Positions 62,201 through 64,000 of a stretch of DNA of 64,000 bases are shown piece after piece. The stretch is from Octopus sinensis (lineage: Eukaryota). Every line of letters starts with the position of its first letter. Positions within the stretch are counted from its first letter, which is position 1. The translations under genes and the position numbers were made by a program. The notes beneath the pieces were generated by a model. The model was not told the origin of the DNA. It saw only the letters and a list, made by a program, of their open reading frames with translations, and did not search any database. The stretch lies in contig NC_043012.1 of assembly GCF_006345805.1 (NCBI RefSeq), positions 33,108,001-33,172,000 on the forward strand, given 5' to 3'.

Positions 62201-63004
62201 AAAGGGACCAATACAGCTTGGCACCAATAATGTTGCAACTCATTTCCATAGCTGAGTGAATTAGGGCACTGTGAAATAAAGTGTCTTGCTCAAGGACACA
62301 ACACATATCCCAGTCCAGAAATCCAACTTATTACCTCATGGTTGTAAGCCTGACACTCTAACCACTGAACCATGTGCCTTATATATGTGTATGTACCCGA
62401 ATGCATATGATGAACTTCTTTCTGTTCATGTCAGCCAAATCTACTTACAAATCTTTGATTGGCCTGGAGCTATAAGAGAAGACACTTGCCCAAGGATCCA
62501 CACAGAGGAACTGAATCTGAAATGATGTGGTTGGGAAGCAGCGTGTGTGTGTGTGTGTGTATTATACATGCCTCTTATACATTTGTATTATACCCATTTG
62601 TATATGCATAAGGGACATTAAGAAAGAATTTTCAAGAAACAAAAAATCTGGCCCCTGTGCCAGTGACATGTAAAAAGCACCCACTACACTCACAAAGTGG
62701 TTGGTGTTAGGAAGGGCATCCAGCTGTAAAAACACTGCCAGATCAAACTGGAGCCTGGTGCAGCCTCCTGGCTTCTCAGACCCTGGTCGAACCGTCCAGC
62801 CCATGCTAGCATGGAAAACGGACGTTAAACAATGATGATGATGATGATAAAATGTGTAATCTGTTCTGATGTGTGTATATTTTCTTTGCAGATCCTGTCT
62901 GAATTTGGTAGAAGAAACTTCTGTAGCTATTCAAGAAGAACTGGATTTAATTGAAGCATTATCAATTCTGGGGGAGTTTGAAATCACTGTCTTACCTCTG
63001 CAAC
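9347..63004 (+). CDS. NBAS: NBAS / neuroblastoma-amplified sequence (Sec39 family), spliced CDS, exons 1-35, 3' part beyond window
   Basis: 35 exons with AG acceptors and GT (one GC) donors join in frame (3706 nt). The translation is colinear with vertebrate NBAS as I recall it: ILYNLTVHAEW, PQWRQIAWS, SLWRILSDSPHY, LIDINWW, EWFEPSP, LRSTTPEELY, LVYQRQW, RSWVLHECLERVPE, LAILSNFPETTSP, QEELDLI. N-terminal beta-propeller region followed by Sec39 domain. Confidence 0.96.
12005..12500 (+). mobile_element. Decayed RTE-clade LINE fragment (AP-endonuclease domain)
   Basis: SDLNGYVG..GFHGVHGG..LMEFCNANDL..NTNF..QIDHI..KECTTKHRLMISD, with stops. Confidence 0.8.
12528..12790 (-). mobile_element. Tc1/mariner remnant (transposase C-terminus plus TIR-like end)
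   Basis: - strand reads DQCIAVQGDYFKGDGVKT*, typical of a mariner C-terminus; abuts a caaaaagttc TIR-like sequence. Confidence 0.5.
12976..13039 (+). CDS. NBAS: NBAS exon 2 (YRPQKDSKELSIWNKLTSASQ)
   Basis: ttttttccag| acceptor, A|GTAAGT donor, phase 0 to 1; weakly conserved region. Confidence 0.8.
13691..13733 (+). CDS. NBAS: NBAS exon 3 (RSLWNILKNIGIPFK), 43 nt
   Basis: ttttttgaag| acceptor, AA|GTAAGT donor; supplies the phase 1 to 2 shift needed between exons 2 and 4. Confidence 0.75.
13872..14175 (+). mobile_element. tRNA-headed SINE family D, tail type 1
   Basis: tggcccagtggttagg A-box, ggtttcgattccc B-box; tail has ctgcaatggactggcgtcccatccag (V-domain-like). Confidence 0.8.
14687..14767 (+). 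CDS. NBAS: NBAS exon 4 (SGLPCSLPAGLVQIVNSQLAWNIAVG)
   Basis: ttccag| and AA|GTGAGT; resembles LPDGLVRLVNKQINW. Confidence 0.9.
15451..15498 (+). CDS. NBAS: NBAS exon 5 (FGQLVAILQDQFVEIR)
   Basis: ctttttgcag| and AG|GTGAGT; resembles LLAAVQDQCVEIR. Confidence 0.92.
17401..17578 (+). CDS. NBAS: NBAS exon 6 (SSHDDYNNIIGRS...PQWRQIAWSSDG...LFSIPS)
   Basis: ttatttgtag| and TCT|GTAAGT; strong beta-propeller motif match. Confidence 0.94.
17753..18089. repeat. Inverted duplication of a dispersed repeat (135-bp arms, 14-nt spacer), possibly a Penelope-type terminal repeat
   Basis: Arms 17806-17940 and 17955-18089; a single-arm copy lies at about 57285-57480. Confidence 0.85.
18620..18717 (+). CDS. 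NBAS: NBAS exon 7 (VTETSSSNVGVPTDLTHSVAGLVFLENTKVKD)
   Basis: ttcacgcag| and GG|GTATGT; resembles DLSYAIAGLIFLE. Confidence 0.88.
19722..20022 (+). CDS. NBAS: NBAS exon 8 (TAHLLVVNYLGKL...SLWRILSDSPHYKLVTDYEQDLHK)
   Basis: tttattctcag| and AAG|GTAAGT; overlaps ORF 19750..20166. Confidence 0.95.
21598..21663 (+). CDS. NBAS: NBAS exon 9 (SKPKSFLKKLFLLPKLSWKNSK)
   Basis: tttgttgcag| and AAG|GTATGT, phase 0-0; poorly conserved linker. Confidence 0.78.
21775..21994. mobile_element. piggyBac-derived MITE, family 1
   Basis: TTAA|CCCTTTTGTTAC ... GTAACGAAAGGG; an inverted copy lies at 47113-47333. Confidence 0.85.
22536..22757. mobile_element. piggyBac-type MITE, family 2
   Basis: TTAA|CCCTTTAGCATT ... 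AATGCTGAAGGG|TTAT. Confidence 0.75.
22904..23032 (+). CDS. NBAS: NBAS exon 10 (DSIFKMCLSPDTKQLVTLHYSGELVLWDVPSLRKRKSWLHEDQ)
   Basis: tctag| and CAG|GTAATT; resembles DGIFKMSLSPDG. Confidence 0.94.
24455..24762 (+). mobile_element. Family A (GAT)n-tailed retroposon (SINE-like, probably RTE-mobilised), representative copy
   Basis: ggtggcacgtaaaaagcacc modules, ggcgttaggaagggcatccagctgtagaaac core, catgctagcatggaaaacggacgttaaacGATGATGAT tail. More than 20 copies, approximately: 11620-11965+, 15810-16080-, 16290-16470-, 16935-17180-, 19310-19560-, 21998-22350+, 26165-26490+, 29040-29270+, 29455-29595+, 30712-31005-, 35612-35905+, 44355-44695+, 50595-50980-, 55575-55775+, 59245-59395+, 60660-60765+, 62650-62850+. 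Confidence 0.88.
25054..25117 (+). CDS. NBAS: NBAS exon 11 (PGYDDISQEFLENPYKKKFLK), GC donor
   Basis: tttctttcacag| acceptor, AAG|GCAAGT donor required by the phase of exon 12; PGYDD motif. Confidence 0.88.
26555..26931 (+). mobile_element. Non-autonomous Helitron (same 3' end as 6867, different 5' part)
   Basis: A|TC start; 3' ataactctctaaaaatgc...cctgagcaacgccgggcgatactgCTAG|T. Confidence 0.78.
26966..27015 (+). CDS. NBAS: NBAS exon 12 (DLVPSKNLIDINWWSEN)
   Basis: ttactttcag| and AAC|GTAAGA; LID(V/I)NWW motif. Confidence 0.92.
27177..27397. mobile_element. piggyBac-type MITE, family 2 (inverted relative to 22536)
   Basis: CCCTTTGGCATT ... AATGCTAAAGGG|TTAA. Confidence 0.75.
28764..28907 (+). 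CDS. NBAS: NBAS exon 13 (ALILARCPGAVSLVSTNTLKNLLGAHPEWFEPSPRVTSTYEGRFLGLE)
   Basis: tttatattag| and GAG|GTAATA; strong motif match. Confidence 0.95.
29885..29965 (+). repeat. Perfect 27-bp tandem triplication
   Basis: GCACTGGATACTATGTATATGGACTAA x3. Confidence 0.95.
30076..30272 (+). CDS. NBAS: NBAS exon 14 (CSCRFVSKR...acidic tract...YYVTDNERFQPLRKKP)
   Basis: tgtttcag| and AA|GTAAGT; resembles LYLVTEMERFAPPRKRP. Confidence 0.94.
31079..31334. mobile_element. Mutator-like (MULE) MITE
   Basis: Long CpG/CTAG-rich TIRs GGTACTACTTGAGAACAGTG...CACTGTTCTCAAGTAGTACC; 9-bp TSD ctataattc/ctttaattc (8 of 9 match). Confidence 0.8.
32020..32215 (+). mobile_element. SINE family B copy; others at about 3720-4040(-), 5468-5680, 5690-5870, 14390-14580, 35165-35390
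   Basis: ggcggcgagctggcagaaacgttagcacgccgggcg head; B-box-like gagttcaagttcc. Confidence 0.8.
32613..32910 (+). mobile_element. SINE family D, tail type 2
   Basis: Same head; unrelated 3' part tgttggcctgctcgcttagccagcgg...cacggtgata. Confidence 0.8.
33778..33847 (+). CDS. NBAS: NBAS exon 15 (LVNRTYQLVCLRSTTPEELYAQK)
   Basis: ttttctacag| and AAA|GTAAGT; LRSTTPEELY motif. Confidence 0.95.
34609..34863. mobile_element. Mutator-like (MULE) MITE, second copy, opposite orientation
   Basis: Same family as 31079; perfect 9-bp TSD GAATAATTA at 34600-34608 and 34864-34872. Confidence 0.85.
36295..36663 (-). mobile_element. SINE family D, tail type 3
   Basis: Same head on the - strand; third unrelated 3' part. 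Confidence 0.78.
37002..37460 (-). mobile_element. Family A long variant with extended 5' region
   Basis: Highly similar to 63560-64000; source of spurious ORF 36999..37553. Confidence 0.85.
37731..37856 (+). CDS. NBAS: NBAS exon 16 (IDNEEYGEALALAKAYGLDCDLVYQRQWQKSPVSIASIEDYL)
   Basis: gttttcatag| and TTG|GTAAGT; strong motif match. Confidence 0.95.
39002..39072. repeat. (CATC)n(CAAT)n compound tetranucleotide repeat
   Basis: Direct inspection. Confidence 0.9.
39389..39540 (+). CDS. NBAS: NBAS exon 17 (RKISKRSWVLHECLERVPE...YGLKGTDL...EDGG)
   Basis: tattttag| and AG|GTAAAT; strong motif match. Confidence 0.95.
39615..40145 (+). mobile_element. Family A (A2 subtype) with several duplicated 5' modules
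   Basis: Repeated caccatt(t/c)gagtgtgatcgttacca module; source of spurious ORF 39615..40100. Confidence 0.85.
40235..40381 (+). CDS. NBAS: NBAS exon 18 (LVMCDDEDLIYDSDEEEDYDPFSPLCIQRRQDKIFQRREELLNQIDFQ)
   Basis: atctttcag| and TC|GTGAGT; phase 2-2. Confidence 0.9.
41094..41276. mobile_element. Fully palindromic PIF/Harbinger-like MITE
   Basis: 89-bp inverted arms, 5-nt loop, termini GGCTACC/GGTAGCC, TAA on both flanks. Confidence 0.78.
41535..41613 (+). CDS. NBAS: NBAS exon 19 (LLLEQKELCRARLKLLQYLYRLRTYE)
   Basis: ttcttacag| and GAG|GTAGAC; EQKELCR motif. Confidence 0.95.
42786..42890 (+). CDS. NBAS: NBAS exon 20 (LILGGIHVAQERFDKVFFETFRSGNIVEEAIKFAQ)
   Basis: cttttccag| and CAG|GTTAGT; around the start of the Sec39 domain. 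Confidence 0.93.
43077..44162 (-). mobile_element. Internally deleted piggyBac DNA transposon (1086 bp)
   Basis: TTAA at 43073-43076 and 44163-44166; perfect 12-bp TIR CCCTTTCGTTAC; ORF 43491..43883(-) has a Ser/acidic N-terminus then W..F..GP..ALDYFFLLF..IITAETNHYA, typical of a piggyBac transposase N-terminus. Confidence 0.9.
43491..43883 (-). pseudogene. Truncated piggyBac transposase, N-terminal 130 aa, no DDD catalytic domain
   Basis: Motifs as above; stop follows RKDS; only about 410 bp remain before the TIR. Confidence 0.85.
45757..45821 (+). CDS. NBAS: NBAS exon 21 (DSEVVAVEALFTYHGSAVLPHR)
   Basis: gttttacag| and AG|GTTTGT; LFTYHG motif. Confidence 0.94.
45865..46177. mobile_element. 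Composite SINE B: full - copy plus inverted 3' fragment, inside one TSD
   Basis: GTAGAGACTTATAC at 45851-45864 and 46178-46191. Confidence 0.85.
46653..46724 (+). CDS. NBAS: NBAS exon 22 (LAILSNFPETTSPREYSNLLPEV)
   Basis: tttttgaag| and GG|GTATGT; near-identical motif. Confidence 0.95.
46861..46935 (+). CDS. NBAS: NBAS exon 23 (PSGMVFPWEEDRWRDDDWCEAEDC)
   Basis: tttcatgtag| and AG|GTAAAC; PW...DWCE motif. Confidence 0.93.
47113..47333. mobile_element. piggyBac-derived MITE, family 1
   Basis: TTAA|CCCTTTTGTTAC ... ATAACGAAAGAG|TTAA; reverse complement of 21775-21994. Confidence 0.87.
47700..47774 (+). CDS. NBAS: NBAS exon 24 (CAVDIQYLDLGLNLYEEYPHLLKY)
   Basis: cattttcag| and AA|GTAAGT; phase 2-2. 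Confidence 0.88.
47843..48186 (+). mobile_element. tRNA-headed SINE family E; other copies at about 38178-38520(-), 58540-58848(-), 62038-62380(-)
   Basis: ggctcagtggttagag A-box, gagttcgattcc B-box, ttgagcaatacac..gctccagatcactcagctgtagaaatgag core. Confidence 0.8.
48240..48960 (+). mobile_element. Decayed RTE-clade reverse transcriptase fragment
   Basis: FSDDAFIL..AEPLGLRVFWIKIKIQ..VDCFTYL (FADD-region motifs). Confidence 0.7.
49097..49226 (+). CDS. NBAS: NBAS exon 25 (GLSHRESVLTQWYVERACEIELESRMVDNSVELIKIGIERGVP)
   Basis: gttgtatag| and CCA|GTAAGT; WY..RA.EIE motif. Confidence 0.94.
49803..49937 (+). CDS. NBAS: NBAS exon 26 (GLEDLLNDLLTMDCLVYDCHIDCGLSFQQLQNMSNIQKAHLLMSK)
   Basis: gatttcag| and AAG|GTTAGT. 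Confidence 0.94.
51327..51500 (+). CDS. NBAS: NBAS exon 27 (SSVEKYIKNIYSWLIPFLKRCEK...LPLKVFEASKSN)
   Basis: cttgttgcag| and AAT|GTAAGT. Confidence 0.95.
51843..51926 (+). repeat. 28-bp tandem triplication of a family A module
   Basis: GGTGGCACGTAAAAAGCACCAACCAAT(C/T) x3. Confidence 0.95.
52530..52940 (+). mobile_element. tRNA-headed CORE-like SINE (family C), near full length; partial copies at about 775-930(-), 14839-14945, 25660-25800, 49265-49650(-), 53915-54070, 59400-59550(-), 59640-59975(-), 62410-62540(-)
   Basis: ggcgcaggagtggctgtgtggtaag A-box, gggttcagtccc B-box, ccttgggcaagtgtctt CORE-like segment, internal microsatellite. Confidence 0.8.
53297..53370 (+). CDS. NBAS: NBAS exon 28 (LSSQIISNPADKIQMAVDVLYICER)
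   Basis: ctgttacag| and CG|GTAAAT. Confidence 0.92.
53680..53739 (+). CDS. NBAS: NBAS exon 29 (DDQLNKAESIIKCLPNKIQG)
   Basis: tattttcag| and GG|GTGAGT. Confidence 0.9.
54110..54505 (-). mobile_element. Decayed Jockey/CR1-group LINE reverse transcriptase fragment
   Basis: STRDLL..ALDINKAHNHVWYKNSLAKFPAY resembles LDISKAFDRVWH. Confidence 0.65.
55014..55073 (+). CDS. NBAS: NBAS exon 30 (PGSYIQDLHKQKERLESHI)
   Basis: gtgttatag| and TG|GTAAGT; resembles KLHDMVDQLEQIL. Confidence 0.88.
56086..56149 (+). CDS. NBAS: NBAS exon 31 (AAKIFEENGLKQTIYSIKLSQ)
   Basis: aattttag| and CAG|GTAAAT. Confidence 0.88.
56828..57270 (+). mobile_element. Family A (A2) copy headed by a 25-bp tandem array
   Basis: AGAGCGGCTATCTGGGATTGTTGCC x4.6, then normal family A body. 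Confidence 0.85.
57505..58245. repeat. Compound (TATG)n/(TG)n/(TA)n microsatellite fields
   Basis: Alternating purine-pyrimidine runs at 57505-57670 and 57910-58245. Confidence 0.9.
58977..59035 (+). CDS. NBAS: NBAS exon 32 (ESETAARNMLVKLTRAAGR)
   Basis: tatttgtag| and AG|GTAAGT; resembles EARKLMVRLTRHTGRK. Confidence 0.93.
60385..60487 (+). CDS. NBAS: NBAS exon 33 (TPSLNEKGWISLHANVMHLQEKLFNQISVAETLE)
   Basis: ttttctag| and GAG|GTAGAT. Confidence 0.91.
60905..61119 (+). CDS. NBAS: NBAS exon 34 (IFVASLLCSSNLDTIRLA...VKLVLSASQEYFNSALDLSHFSMEMA)
   Basis: cttggcag| and CA|GTAAGT; SLLCSS and ASxEYFNS motifs. Confidence 0.95.
61734..61775. repeat. Perfect 42-bp spacerless palindrome
   Basis: AAACGATTACCTATGTACTAA|TTAGTACATAGGTAATCGTTT. 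Confidence 0.95.
62892..63004 (+). CDS. NBAS: NBAS exon 35 (SCLNLVEETSVAIQEELDLIEALSILGEFEITVLPLQ)
   Basis: ttctttgcag| and C|GTTGGT; AIQEELDLI motif; next exon lies outside the window. Confidence 0.93.
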
Positions 63005-63559
63005 GTTGGTTCTATATTTTATATTTTTAGCTGTATTTTCTGAATGTCTTTTCCTGTCTGTCTAAATGTTTTACTAAATTTGTATGGTCTGAATAAATGT
63101 CTTACCTGTTTAACTATAAATCTCTCTCCCTCATGTAATCATGTGTTAAATATCCTGGATTCTCCTGTCATTAGGGACAGGTGAAGTTTCTGTAACTTCT
63201 TGTTGAATAACCTGTGTTGGTGATTTGTTTATAGGAATCAAATCTTTGTACTGTCCATTAGCTCACTTCCTCCATGAAGTTGACAAGGTCTGTACAGGAG
63301 CACAGCGGGCCACAAGCTGGATGTCAGAGTGAGTGCAGAGCAGCATGAACAGAACAGAACATTGCTCAAGAACAGAACAGACCCCGCAGTCTAGGAATCA
63401 AACCCACAATTTTGCAATTGTGAATGCAACATCCTAACTACTAGGCCATGTGTGTTCACGCCATACATACAAGCAGGAAAAATTATACACTCTCAGATAT
63501 GATATAAAGACTTAAAATATATATCACAGCAGAGTTAATTTAATGAGAGATATTGTGTT

Positions 63560-64000
63560 CATCATCCTCATCATCGTTTAACATCAGTTTTCCATGCTAG
63601 CATGGGTTGGACGGTTCGACTGGGGTCTGGGAAGCCAGAAGGCTACACCAGGACCAGTCTGATCTGGCAGTGTTTCTACAGCTGGATGCCAACCACTCCA
63701 TGAGTGTAGTGGGTGCTTTTTACGTGCCACTGGCACAGGTGCCAGGTGAGGCTGGCACCGGCCACGATCGGTTGGTGCTTTTTATGCGCCACCGGTATGG
63801 AAGCCAGTCAGGGCGGCGCTGGCATCGACCACATTCGGATGGTGCTTTTTACGTGCCACCAGCACAGGGATCACAACTACAATTTCCATTGATTTTTGAT
63901 GTTGATGTTCTTGACTCAATAGGTCTCCTCAATCGCAGAGTCGAAACAGTGTTTCTTTACTTGCCACCTGCACAGGAGTCAGTCCAGTGGCACTGGCAAT
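63560..64000 (-). mobile_element. Family A long variant, cut by the window end
   Basis: Highly similar to 37002-37460. Confidence 0.85.

Overview
AT-rich, SINE- and microsatellite-dense animal genomic DNA. The repeat families suggest an Octopus (coleoid cephalopod) genome; this is inference. The window is dominated by one + strand gene, NBAS (neuroblastoma-amplified sequence; Sec39/SMGL-1 family; NRZ ER-tethering complex and NMD factor). I reconstructed 35 coding exons by hand from ATG 9347 to 63004 (3706 nt, 1235 codons + 1 nt). All phases are compatible and there are no internal stops. One intron is GC-AG, and the gene continues past the window end. The ORF track misses most of these exons and mostly reports repeat artefacts. 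The introns and upstream 9 kb hold more than 20 copies of a (GAT)n-tailed retroposon, four tRNA-headed SINE families, decayed RTE and Jockey/CR1-group LINE fragments and a mariner remnant. They also hold an internally deleted piggyBac with TTAA duplications plus related MITEs, Mutator-like and Harbinger-like MITEs, two non-autonomous Helitrons and several long hairpins. A CpG/ETS/E-box promoter-like island near 4.9 kb may drive a divergent - strand gene with a mitochondrial-presequence-like first exon (low confidence). I see no evidence of a wholly new biological system. The best leads are the transposon architectures, the GC-AG intron, the dsRNA-forming hairpins and the candidate divergent gene. 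Boundaries of decayed repeats are approximate.
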